The position numbers and the translations under genes are program-made. Source: Heterodontus francisci (Eukaryota). Taken from it: DNA of 64,000 bases. The stretch covers positions 11,036,001 through 11,100,000 of the forward strand of contig NC_090415.1 in the NCBI RefSeq assembly GCF_036365525.1, read 5' to 3'. Positions 1 to 11,100 of this stretch are shown piece by piece; within the stretch, counting starts at the first letter, position 1; each line of letters starts with the position of its first letter. Below the pieces are notes generated by a model that was not told the origin of the DNA, did not search any database, and worked only from the letters and a program-made list of their open reading frames with translations.

Positions 1-1053
1 GCATCTGTGGAGAGAGAAGCAGAGTTAACGTTTCAGATCAGTGACCCTTCTTCAGAAATGGTAAATATTAGAAATGTGAAAGGTTTTAAGCTAGTAAAGT
101 GGGGGTGGGGCACGAGATAACACAGGAGAAGGTGTAGAAAGGACAACATCACAGAATATCTGACCAGAAGGTCATGGAGCAAAGGCAAACATTATGTTAA
201 TAGCGTGTTGAAAGACAAAGCATTAGTACAGATAGGGTGTTAATGGATGAAAATTGAATAGCCACAAGTACCAACATGGAAAAAAAAGTGGGTAAGCAAA
301 CTGTACCAACTAAGATGATATAAAATAAAATAACAAGAAAAATAAATATAAATAAGAAAGAATAACTAAAAATAAAAGTAAAATGGGGGGCCAGTCATGC
401 TCTGAAATTATTGAACTCAATGCTCAGTCTGGCAGGCTGTATTGTGCCTGATCAGTAAATGAGATGCTGTTCCTCGAGCTTGCATTGATGTTCCCTGGAA
501 CATTGCAGCAATCCCAGGACAGAGATATGAGCATGAGAGCAGGGGGAAATGTTGAAAAGGCAAGCAACCGGAAGCTCGGGGTCATGCTTTCAGACTGAGC
601 AGAAGTGTTGTGCAAAGCGGTCACCCAGTATGCGTTTGGTCTCCCCAATGTAGCGGAGACCACTTTGTGAGCAGCGAATACAGTATACTAAATTGAAAGA
701 AGTACAAGTAAATCGCTGCTTCACTCGAAAGGAGTGTTTGGGGCCTGGGATTGTGAGAAGAGAGGAGGTAAAGGGACTGGTATTACACCTCCTGTGATTG
801 CAGGGGAAGGTGCCGTGGGAAGGGGACAAGGTGGTGGGAGTAATGCAGGAGTGGACCAAGGTGTCGCGGAGGGAATGATCCCTTCGGAATGCTGACGGGA
901 AGGGAGGGGAAGATGTATTTGGTAGTGGCATCACGCTGGAGGTGGCAGAAATGGCGGAGGATGATTCTTTGGATGTGGAGGCTGATGGGGTGGAAAGTGA
1001 GGACAAGGGTATCCTCGGTTGAGGAAAAAGGAAGACATATCACAAGCGCTGTC
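1..1053 (-). mobile_element. Penelope-like element 3' fragment (GIY-YIG endonuclease, terminal repeat), degenerate and internally deleted
   Basis: ORF 590-1006 has CNHRRCNTSPF...FTCTSFNLVYCIRCSQSGLRYIGETKR..GDRFAQH (GIY-YIG of PLEs). 1004-1053 reads DMSSFFLNRGYP on minus. Runs off the window start; paralog at 56602-57686. Confidence 0.85.
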
Positions 1054-1446
1054 ATATAAATCTTTCATGTGGTTACTTGTGACTGCAGCTGACCAACCTT
1101 ATTTGGCACGCTACATGGAGATAAGGACTTGCACTTCAATGCTCGCATTTGTCCCACTCTGACCCCCACTAAACTGGACGATTCGGTCCTGTTGATGGAC
1201 GGAAGTGCAGAGGGGCGCTACATCCTGATAAGGGAGGGAACTATAGAGAAATTATACGCAGAGTGAAAAAAGAGACGAGTTCGTACTAGCAAAATAGAAA
1301 TGGTTGATGAGGAAGAGGGACTCAGAAAGTCACTGATGTAGATGGATAAGGGCCGGCAAAGGGGTTTGGACGATCTGACCGCTGCGACAGTTTGTGGCTG
1401 TGAGAAGCACAAAATGTGATTGGTTACTTTAGACACCCAATCAGAT

Positions 1447-4423
1447 TCTTTTGGGCCTCCTTATCTCGAGAGACAATGGATACGCGCCTGGAGGTGGTCA
1501 GTGGTTTGTGAAGCAGCGCCTGGAGTGGCTATAAAGGCCAATTCTGGAGTGACAGGCTCTTCCACAGGTGCTGCAGAGAAATTTGTTTGTTGGGGCTGTT
1601 GCACAGTTGGCTCTCCCCTTGCGCCTCTGTCTTTTTTCCTGCCAACTACTAAGTCTCTTCGACTCGCCACAATTTAGCCCTGTCTTTATGGCTGCCCGCC
1701 AGCTCTGGCGAATGCTGGCAACTGACTCCCACGACTTGTGATCAATGTCACACGATTTCATGTCGCGTTTGCAGACGTCTTTATAACGGAGACATGGACG
1801 GCCGGTGGGTCTGATACCAGTGGCGAGCTCGCTGTACAATGTGTCTTTGGGGATCCTGCCATCTTCCATGCGGCTCACATGGCCAAGCCATCTCAAGCGC
1901 CGCTGACTCAGTAGTGTGTATAAGCTGGGGATGTTGGCCGCTTCAAGGACTTCTGTGTTGGAGATATAGTCCTGCCACCTGATGCCAAGTATTCTCCGAA
2001 GGCAGCGAAGATGGAATGAATTGAGACGTCGCTCTTGGCTGGCATACGTTGTCCAGGCCTCGCTGCCGTAGAGCAAGGTACTGAGGACACAGGCCTGATA
2101 CACTCGGACTTTTGTGTTCCGTGTCAGTGCGCCATTTTCCCACACTCTCTTGGCCAGTCTGAACATAGCAGTGGAAGCCTTACCCATGCGCTTGTTGATT
2201 TCTGCATCTAGAGACAGGTTACTGGTGATAGTTGAGCCTAGGTAGGTGAACTCTTGAACCACTTCCAGAGCGTGGTCGCCAATATTGATGGATGGAGCAT
2301 TTCTGACATCCTGCCCCATGATGTTCGTTTTCTTGAGGCTGATGGTTAGGCCAAATTCATTGCAGGCAGACGCAAACCTGTCGATGAGACTCTGCAGGCA
2401 TTCTTCAGTGTGAGATGTTAAAGCAGCATCGTCAGCAAAGAGGAGTTCTCTGATGAGGACTTTCCGTACTTTGGACTTCGCTCTTAGACGGGCAAGGTTG
2501 AACAACCTGCCCCCTGATCTTGTGTGGAGGAAAATTCCTTCTTCAGAGGATTTGAACGCATGTGAAAGCAGCAGGGAGAAGAAAATCCCAAAAAGTGTGG
2601 GTGCGAGAACACAGCCCTGTTTCACACCACTCAGGATAGGAAAGGGCTCTGATGAGGAGCCACCATGTTGAATTGTGCCTTTCATATTGTCATGGAATGA
2701 GGTGATGATACTTAGTAGCTTTGGTGGACATCCGATCTTTTCTAGTAGTCTGAAGAGACCACGTCTGCTGACGAGGTCAAAGGCTTTGGTGAGATCAATG
2801 AAAGCAATGTAGAGGGGCATCTGTTGTTCACGGCATTTCTCCTGTATCTGACGAAGGGAGAACAGCATGTCAATAGTCGATCTCTCTGCACGAAAGCCAC
2901 ACTGTGCCTCAGGGTAGACGCGCTCGGCCAGCTTCTGGAGCCTGTTCAGAGCGACTCGAGCAAAGACTTTCCCCACTATGCTGAGCAGGGAGATTCCACG
3001 GTAGTTGTTGCAGTCACCGCGGTCACCTTTGTTTTTATAGAGGGTGATGATGTTGGCATCGCGCATGTCCTGGGGTACTGCTCCCTCGTCCCAGCACAGG
3101 CATAGCAGTTCATGTAGTGCTGAGAGTATAGCAGGCTTGGCTCTCTTGATTATTTCAGGGGTAATGCTGTCCTTCCCAGGGGCTTTTCCGCTGGCTAGGG
3201 AATCAATGGCATCACTGAGTTCCGATTTGGTTGGCTGTATATCCAGCTCATCCATGACTGGTAGAGGCTGGGCTGCATTGAGGGCAGTCTCAGTGACAGC
3301 ATTCTCCCTGGAGTACAGTTCTAGGTAGTGCTCAACCCAGCGGTCCATCTGTTTGCGTTGGTCAGTGATTATGTCCCCCGATTTAGATTTGAGGGGGGTG
3401 ATCTTCTTGATGGTTGGCCCAAGAGCTCTCTTCATGCCATCATACATTCCTCTGATGTTTCCGGTGTCTGAGGCCAGCTGAATATGGCTGCATAGGTGTT
3501 GCCAGTAGTCGTTTGCGCAACGCCTAGCTGTTCTTTGTGCAGTACTTCTGGCTGCTTTAAGTGCTGCGGATGTTAAATCGCTGGGGGCTTTCTTGTAGTT
3601 CAAAAGTGCAATGCGCTTAGCGGCTATGACAGGTTCCAGCTCTTCATTATGAGATTGAAACCAGTCTGCATTTCTCTTCGCACTTTTGCCGTAGGTGGTC
3701 AAAGCTGACTCATAGATGGCGTCTCTGATGTGGGCCCACTTGGTCTCAGCATCCCCTGTGGGAGTGTTTTGAAGGGCTGTTACAAGTGAATTTAGAAATT
3801 TTTGTAACAGCTGTGGGTGAGAAATTCTGCTCATGTTGATGCGCGGGTGGCCCTTCTGCTTGGAATGATGCAACTTCTTTGGTCTGAGTCTAACCTTGCT
3901 GCACACCAGGGAGTGGTCGGTGTCGCAGTCCGCACTGTGGAAGCTGCGTGTGATTTGAACACTGTTTAAGGCGGCTCGCCTTGTGACAATGAGGTCTAGC
4001 TGGTGCCAACGACGTGATCTTGGGTGCCTCCATGAAACCTGGTGACAGGGTTTAGTGTGAAAGAACGAGTTGGTGATGCAGAGGTTATGATAGGTACACA
4101 ACTCAAGCAGTCTCTGCCCGTTCTCATTCATCCTTCCAACGCCATAGCGCCCAAGGCAGGAGGGCCATGAGTCATGGTCGGCCCCAACCCTGGCATTAAA
4201 GTCCCCCAGCAGGAATAGGTGTTCGGTGTTGGGGATGCTGCTAATGATGTTATGGAGTTGTTCATAGAACTGGTCTTTAGCTTCAGGTGCGGAACAGAGT
4301 GTTGGAGCATAGATGCTGAGTAGGTGTACTGGACCAGAGGTGGTGAGCAGTCGGATGGACAGTATGCGTTCCGAGCCATTTGAGGGAGGCTCTATCATGC
4401 TGAGCAAGGAGTTTCTGATGGCG
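1447..4423 (-). mobile_element. RTE-clade LINE, 5'-truncated, flanked by 8-bp TSD AATCAGAT (1439-1446 / 4424-4431)
   Basis: Contains the APE-RT-ZnF ORF and a short 3' UTR ending GGAGGCCCAAAAGA. The empty site CCAATCAGATAGATAC is visible at 59021-59036. Confidence 0.93.
1498..4407 (-). CDS. RTE LINE ORF (partial APE endonuclease, reverse transcriptase, C-terminal C2H2-like knuckle); N-terminus missing
   Basis: 969 codons without a stop. Motifs SIYAPT, LLGDFNARVG, DTDHSLV, NYRGISLLS, FIDLTKAFD, GVKQGCVLAPTLF, LLFADD, FTYLGS, CSTCGRACHSRIGLYSH. The frame starts inside the APE domain at a TTG. Confidence 0.9.
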   Translation of the reverse strand: MLSMIEPPSNGSERILSIRLLTTSGPVHLLSIYAPTLCSAPEAKDQFYEQLHNIISSIPNTEHLFLLGDFNARVGADHDSWPSCLGRYGVGRMNENGQRLLELCTYHNLCITNSFFHTKPCHQVSWRHPRSRRWHQLDLIVTRRAALNSVQITRSFHSADCDTDHSLVCSKVRLRPKKLHHSKQKGHPRINMSRISHPQLLQKFLNSLVTALQNTPTGDAETKWAHIRDAIYESALTTYGKSAKRNADWFQSHNEELEPVIAAKRIALLNYKKAPSDLTSAALKAARSTAQRTARRCANDYWQHLCSHIQLASDTGNIRGMYDGMKRALGPTIKKITPLKSKSGDIITDQRKQMDRWVEHYLELYSRENAVTETALNAAQPLPVMDELDIQPTKSELSDAIDSLASGKAPGKDSITPEIIKRAKPAILSALHELLCLCWDEGAVPQDMRDANIITLYKNKGDRGDCNNYRGISLLSIVGKVFARVALNRLQKLAERVYPEAQCGFRAERSTIDMLFSLRQIQEKCREQQMPLYIAFIDLTKAFDLVSRRGLFRLLEKIGCPPKLLSIITSFHDNMKGTIQHGGSSSEPFPILSGVKQGCVLAPTLFGIFFSLLLSHAFKSSEEGIFLHTRSGGRLFNLARLRAKSKVRKVLIRELLFADDAALTSHTEECLQSLIDRFASACNEFGLTISLKKTNIMGQDVRNAPSINIGDHALEVVQEFTYLGSTITSNLSLDAEINKRMGKASTAMFRLAKRVWENGALTRNTKVRVYQACVLSTLLYGSEAWTTYASQERRLNSFHLRCLRRILGIRWQDYISNTEVLEAANIPSLYTLLSQRRLRWLGHVSRMEDGRIPKDTLYSELATGIRPTGRPCLRYKDVCKRDMKSCDIDHKSWESVASIRQSWRAAIKTGLNCGESKRLSSWQEKRQRRKGRANCATAPTNKFLCSTCGRACHSRIGLYSHSRRCFTNH

Positions 4424-4451
4424 AATCAGATAGATACAGAACATCAGGCAA

Positions 4452-4534
4452 TGACATCATTGTAAAGCAGCCAATCATGAACATGGCCTTCTCCCATCCT
4501 TCATTAGCATAGGGCTCTGGGGATGTCTATAAAA
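4452..4534 (+). promoter_or_regulatory. H2B promoter: CRE-like TGACATCA, CCAAT, octamer variant ATTAGCAT, TATAAAA
   Basis: TGACATCA 4452-4459, CCAAT 4471-4475, ATTAGCAT 4503-4510, TATAAAA 4528-4534. The same layout precedes the other two H2B genes. Confidence 0.8.
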
Positions 4535-4587
4535 TGCGAGCTTGGAGCGAAATTTCGGTTATTCTGTGTCTGAAGTTGATCGTGATC

Positions 4588-4968
4588 ATGGTTGACGAGA
4601 AGAAAACTGCAGCACCTTCCAAGAAGGGCGCCAAAAAAGTTCTGAAGAAGGCGCCACCAAAGGGCAGCAAGAAACGGAGAAGATCCAGGAAAGAAAGTTA
4701 CTCCATCTACGTGTACAAAGTAATGAAGCAGGTTCACCCTGACACCGGCATCTCCTCCAAGGCCATGAGCATCATGAATTCGTTTGTGAATGATATTTTC
4801 GAGCGAATCGCGGGTGAGGCTTCCCGCCTGGCCCATTACAACAAACGCAGCACCATCAGCTCCCGGGAGATCCAGACCGCCGTGCGCCTGCTGCTGCCCG
4901 GGGAGCTGGCCAAACACGCCGTGTCGGAAGGTACAAAGGCGGTCACCAAGTACACCAGCTCCAAGTGA
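4588..4968 (+). CDS. H2B: Histone H2B, replication-dependent (126 aa)
   Basis: MVDEKK...[27 protein letters not shown]...[29 protein letters not shown] chosen downstream of TATA; stem-loop follows. Confidence 0.97.
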   Translation: MVDEKKTAAPSKKGAKKVLKKAPPKGSKKRRRSRKESYSIYVYKVMKQVHPDTGISSKAMSIMNSFVNDIFERIAGEASRLAHYNKRSTISSREIQTAVRLLLPGELAKHAVSEGTKAVTKYTSSK

Positions 4969-5007
4969 ATATCCGCAATGTACTGAAACACACCCAAAAC
5001 ACAAAAA

Positions 5008-5023
5008 GGCTCTTTTAAGAGCC
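5008..5023 (+). terminator. Histone 3' stem-loop (H2B), followed by ACCCA and purine-rich HDE
   Basis: GGCTCTTTTAAGAGCC-ACCCA, then GAAAAAGCT about 15 nt downstream. Confidence 0.95.
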
Positions 5024-5718
5024 ACCCACAACTTCTCTGAAAAAGCTACAACATTGTCTGTATAGTATCGACTTATATTGATTTATATATCAAGTGTCCT
5101 TGCCTTTGTGATCTCTGTTTTACTCCCATAGATTCTGCTTAATGCAGTTTCACTGCCCGTGCGATCTTTCTGTCTCTAACTAATAATGTCCCGTATATAA
5201 ATTACTGGCCACTGACCATTTGTGAGGTTTGTTCTCGGACGTGTTCATATTCGGCCCCTTTTCTGTATTTCGACAATAAAAGCTGATTTAACGCACATAC
5301 ATCAGTTCGCAGTCACTTTTTTCCCTAGTTCAAGTTTGACCTCAGAAATTAATAAGTACATTATCTAGAACCCCGGGTGGTGTCGGAACCCTCCGTCTCA
5401 CACGCTGACACCTGACACTGAAAATCTACACTCCGCTGTTGTCTCCCACGAATAACAAACAATCGTTCATCAGTAATGCGGTATTATTATGAAAATTGAC
5501 ATGAAATGTGCCCGGTTGGAGAATGTTGTGAAAGAGACTTTCTGCTCGCTGTTTTCAAAAAGGACAGAGAGTAAACCCGAATAGATGTCAGAATGTAAAA
5601 GCCAATCTGGAACTTGTTACCAAATGTAGAATAACACAATATGAAAAAGGTTTTATTTATTTAACCGTAAAAAAAGAACTAGAAATGTGATATTTTATAT
5701 TGAAGCCGCCCCAATATA

Positions 5719-6355
<637 letters not shown>

Positions 6356-6385
6356 AGCTGCCTGACTTGAATCTGCGAACCCAAA

Positions 6386-6401
6386 GGCTCTTTTCAGAGC
6401 C
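6386..6401 (+). terminator. Histone 3' stem-loop (H2A)
   Basis: GGCTCTTTTCAGAGCC-ACCCA, then HDE-like GAAAGGGCTG. Confidence 0.95.
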
Positions 6402-6769
6402 ACCCACTTCATCTGTGAAAGGGCTGGTTACTGTGTGAGAGACGGTAATGTTATACTGTTCGCGTTATTTTGTGTTGCTATGAATTGTACTGGAGTCAAG
6501 CATTTATCTGCTCATCAGATGGAATGCATTTTAATTTTATCGCCATATTTGTAAGGCTTTTTTACAATTCTACCGTTTATATACCACTAAGGCGTGTCTT
6601 GAGTTCGAAAATGAGCTACTCTGATAAAATGACTTGTATACAATAGTGTCACTGCTCTCACACTGAGAACTGCTAGGTCCTGAAATTCCCAGCTGCAATA
6701 TGGAGACAAAGGAATCTGGGTCACTCTGCTCCGAGAGTTATCAGTGGATAGTAAAGAGGGTGGTCAAAT

Positions 6770-6896
6770 CCTTCTGAGACGTTTATGTGCTGGAATCAAC
6801 AAGAGATAACAGCTCTATCTTTTGCCAATTTGATGTTTCTTTGAAGAGCCGTTGTGTTATCTGATACCAAACTCAGTTCCGGGCAGGGTCAGTTTA
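6770..6896 (-). pseudogene. Orphan H3 3' UTR with decayed stem-loop; H3 CDS absent
   Basis: Aligns by eye to 30728-30854 (CCTTCTGAGACGTTTATGTGCTGGAAT...ACTCAGTTCCGGGCAGGGTCAGTTTA). Homology ends at the H3 stop codon (6894-6896). Confidence 0.8.
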
Positions 6897-6904
6897 TTTT
6901 TCAG

Positions 6905-7079
6905 AGCAGTTGTTTCAAAGAAGCTGAAGGCGAATTTTAAAAGAGATGTTGCGTTTCGTGTTTTATTTCTGTACATTGTGGAGATTTACAAGGAACTGGG
7001 ATAATTCGTCAGTCTTTTTGTCCCTGCCAAGGCGGCGTGCTTGGAGAACTCCCCGGGCAGCAGCAGACCCATTGCGGTC
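6905..7079 (-). pseudogene. Inverted decayed H2B C-terminal fragment plus 3' UTR
   Basis: Minus strand reads TAMGLLLPGEFSKHAALAGTKRLTNYPSSL* (stop 6986-6988) versus H2[31 protein letters not shown]. Downstream sequence resembles the H2B 3' UTR with a broken stem-loop. Confidence 0.85.
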
Positions 7080-7189
7080 GATATGTGTGTACACAAATCA
7101 CAAGATCCAAATGATTGTAGACTGATGCCATCTACTGGCTAAAAGTGAGTCATGCAAGAATATTCCCATTCCTTCAGAAATATCTGAAA

Positions 7190-7505
7190 TTGGAGAGGAA
7201 TAACATCGAGTGTGTTGGGGGCAGATTCAATCGAGACCCTGAAAACAGATTTGGATAATTATATCGAGAATAAAACAAAACTGCAGAGCAATGGAGAAAA
7301 GGCGGGTCGGTGGAGGAGGTCTTGCTGAGAGCCGGCCTTGACACGACGAATAACTAATTTAATAGAAACATAGAAAAATTGGAGCACGAGTAAATCATTC
7401 GGCCCTTCGAGCCTGCACCGCCAGTCAATACGATCATGGCTGATCATCCAAACTCAGTACCCTGTTCTCGCTTTGTCCGCGTATCCTTTGATCCCTTTAG
7501 ACATA
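7190..7505. mobile_element. Two decayed CR1-group LINE 3' tails in opposite orientation
   Basis: AGAAACATAGAAA...ATTCGGCCCTTCGAGCCTGCACCGCC...GATCATGGCTGATC matches CR1-type tails elsewhere in the window; paralog about 61795-62125. Confidence 0.55.
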
Positions 7506-7548
7506 AGCGGCGATCGTTTTAGAACTAAAAGACACGCTTTCGTAGTCC

Positions 7549-7850
7549 ATAGAGTCAGAGAGATACAGCACAGAAACAGGCCCTTCTGCCCACCCAGTCT
7601 GTGCCGACCATCAACCACATCAACCATACTATTCCAACGTTAATCCCATATTCCCTATCACATTTCCACCTTCCCTCAATTCTCCGACCACCTACCTGCA
7701 CTGGGGGCAATTTACAATGGCCAATTTACCGATCAACCTGCAAGTCTTTGGCTGTGAGAGAAAACCGGAGCACAAGGCGGAAACCCACGCGGTCACAGGG
7801 AGAACTTGCAAACTCCACACAGGCAGTACCCAGAACTGAACCCGGGTCGA
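7549..7850 (-). mobile_element. tRNA-derived SINE (HE1/V-SINE-like), 5' part lost
   Basis: V-domain-like GTGGGTTTCCGCC...GTGCTCCGGTTT and LINE-derived tail GGGCCTGTTTCTGTGCTGTATCTCT. Confidence 0.85.
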
Positions 7851-7914
7851 ATTGTAAAAAAAAAGCCTTACACAAATGACCAGAGTAAATTAAAATGCAT
7901 TTCATCTGATGAGC

Positions 7915-8165
7915 ATCTAAATGCCCGAATCCAGTGCAACAAACTCTCTTATGAATTTATTTAATAATTTGGCCTCAACTCTTTTCTATGGTAGAGAATT
8001 CCACAGGTTCACCACTCCCTGGGTGAAGAAATCCCTCCTCATCTCAGTCCTAAATGTCTTACCCCTTATCTTTAGACTGTCACCCCTGGTCCTGGACTCC
8101 CCCGCCATCAGGAACATCCTTCCTACATCTAGTCTGTCCAGTCCTGTTAGAATTTTTTCGGTTTC
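7915..8165 (-). mobile_element. CR1-group LINE 3' fragment
   Basis: Encodes GLDRLDVGRMF...RTRGDSLKI...RRDFFTQGVVNLWNSLP; paralog 63785-64000. Confidence 0.85.
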
Positions 8166-11100
8166 TCGGAGATGAGGTAACCATTCCATGATTCTATCCT
8201 CCAATGGGAACATGAACGTGGTGTTAAGGTGTAGATTGAAATGGTTGAAATGACATTTGAGTTCCAATGAGCTCTGGTGTGTATACTGTATAAATGACGA
8301 GCTACATGTATGCCAGCGATGCTGGTATAGTGGTGAGTATATCTGCCTTCCAAACAATTGACCCAGATTAGATTCCCGGTCATCGCAATGCCCACTCGCG
8401 GTCAAATATATTTCTGCAACCTTGCCATAGAATGTGACAAATGAAAAGCCATGACTGAATTGAAGTCGACAAATATTCTCAACATTATGTTCTTCTCCCT
8501 TAAAGTTGATGGTCAAGTGTGCTGTGGAATTTTGCAGCTTAAAAATGTCAATGCAAATTCAGAAAGAAAGCTTACAAAATATTGTCAACATCCAATCAGA
8601 CTCACTTCCTTGCTTGATCAGCATCGCCCTGCAGCAAGTTTGTTTCCTTCAAGTGTTTATCCAGTTTCTTATTGAAATCATTGATTCTCTCTCCTTCCAC
8701 CACACTTGTGGACAGCGAGGTCCAGCAGGTAAAACAGAAAAAGTTCTTCCTCACATTCCCTTCCATCTCTTGCCATAAACCATCAGTCTGTGTCTCCTAG
8801 TCCTTGTACCATCAGCTAATGGGAACAGGTTATCCTTGTCTAACTTATATACACCTCTAACAAACCTCCTCTCAATCTCCATTTCGCAAAGGAGAACAAC
8901 CCCTTACTTACAGAACACAATCCAGAGTCATCTATCCAAGCTTTTCAGGTGCAAAAGAATAGTTGTGTATTAAGTAGAATAGATAGGAGTATAAAACTAA
9001 GAGACTTTGATAGATCAACTGATTGTCTCTGCCCAATTCACTGGATTTTCTGTATCACCTGAACACTGCTATACTCTGTGTAAAGGTTAGAGCATTTCCA
9101 TGGCTTACATTTATGCAAGAACTGCTATGTCAAGGCTGGATGGCAAAGCATGACGGTCATCTTCACAGGAATATGTCAAAATGCCTTGTTGAGAGATGCG
9201 TCTGTGTGGATGATGCACTGAGTCACGACATAAAGGAAAAGTCATGCAGCAGGAGGGGTCCCACAATGTGGGGGTGATGGATCATGACATATTTTGCCTT
9301 TGTGAATAATAAGGACAGCCACTAGAATAGGACTAATTGTATGCTATGTACATCAATATATTACAGTCTGTTTGAGCTAATGCTTGCTTCATTATAAAAT
9401 GACATTACAAGGCTATAGTCCATTAAAACCTCTCTGTAAGAACAATGGGAGAGATAGGTTGAAGACCACAGCATCCTGACAGGGGGTGAGATGAGATAAA
9501 TAGGACACTGGAGAATTGCAAACTCAAAATGGCTTCCATCAGCGAGAATGTGACCTTTAGTATCCTTGTTAAAATAGAAAGGAACAGGAAGTATCTGTAA
9601 TGTGTGTAGATTGAACCATTAACTAACTAGGGTCAAACAATGATGTCAACTTGGTCCAGTTAGGATACTTCGAACAATTTAAAGCTAATATGGTGACATC
9701 CTTGCACCCAAAGAAGGGTAAAAGAAAGGGTGTTAAGGGACATTGTCGGCACTTACAGAGGGGTCCACGGAACATCGTTATCACACTTAGAAGGAGAAGA
9801 TAGAGTACGGTCAAGAAAACAGCAAGGGAAGCAGAAAGAGAGAAGTCCACGCCCCAGCAAGCACAGAAGCAAGAACCGGTGCTGAGTGATGCTGCATACC
9901 TATTGCTGTTGTTAAACATTCACTTTATCTATCTTAGTTAAGACTAATAAACTCTCAGACTTGATCACAGAACTTGAGTTTGTACCTTGTAGGTCTATTT
10001 TGGCCAATAATCACAGGACATTTTCTGTCACCACTTCCCCTCTCTATTCTATCTCCCTCCTCTCGCTCTCCTCCCTCTGCACTTTATTATTATTGATGAT
10101 GGTCATATTGACCTATTTATTCTCCTCCATCTCAGACAGTCCCCTGCGATTATGGATGACTTTTTACACTCCAGTTTGATGGGTTCTGAAATAGCTGATA
10201 AATCCAATGCATGATCTGCAGACTCTGCCACATGAGGGTTAGGTGGTGTTAGAAGGGTTCAGGTAAATGACCCGTTTGGAGGTATGGATGCTGCCTTCGA
10301 GCCTCGACTTCACATGTTACCGACAAATTTCCCTGAACTGTAAACTATCTTCCCAAATGAGAGATGATTTGAGGACATATCTAAAATGTTTCCACACTCA
10401 GACAGGGGTTCTCCTGCTACGACCAATTTCTGAGCAAAACATCTGCTTCCGGATTCTGCATTTGCAGGTTCTTGGAGGCACCTGTTCAGACTAAGTGAGA
10501 GACTAATACTGATGGTCTGAACACACATAGGCAACAGAAACGACACCAGTTCCCCTCCCTGAGTGCCGGTCACTGCTTCTATCCTGTGTGTAGGATTCAC
10601 CCTGAGTCCCTCTTTCCAGCTTTACCTGCTCTATCTGGAAAAGTGCTGAACCTTTCAGTATTTGGTCTGCTCAAACCGAGTTCAAGGCCTGAGTCGTGAA
10701 CAGAATGTCTCATTAATTCTTTGACTAATACTATGATTGAACAGCAGGTGATGATCGACTCGGCCAAAGATTGGAAATATTCCTGTCCATCAATCTTTCA
10801 ACAGGGATTGCGAGAATCTCCTGGCTGAGAGTGTTTAAGGGATAAAGACCGAGGCATCGGCAACTAACCCCTGAAAATCACAGCAAAGACTGTGTACATG
10901 AGGACATTTAACAACCGGGAGCTGGGACTCTGGGACGGTCCAGCTCTATTCTCACTGTGCTTGTGTGTCCGGTGTAATCGCGTGTCTCTTGTTTCAAATA
11001 AAACGATGAAGATTGCCGTCCGGTATTACTCTCATTGACCTGGGTTTTCACTCGGGTAAAATAAAATGTTGCTGGCTGATATTAACTCTGCAAAGTCCCA

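Noticed and set aside
1290-1330. ATGGTTGATGAGGAAG as a decayed H2B start upstream of H2B
   Set aside because: Similarity is limited to about 12 nt with no downstream H2B homology.
1498-4407. RTE ORF as an autonomous element or domesticated host gene
   Set aside because: It is truncated inside the endonuclease at the TSD, lacks a 5' UTR, and is absent from the paralogous site; the open frame reflects recent insertion.
4534-4587. N-terminal extensions of H2B, H2A, H3 and H1 in the ORF track
   Set aside because: These starts overlap or precede TATA/CCAAT elements, or are non-ATG; the canonical ATGs give standard lengths.
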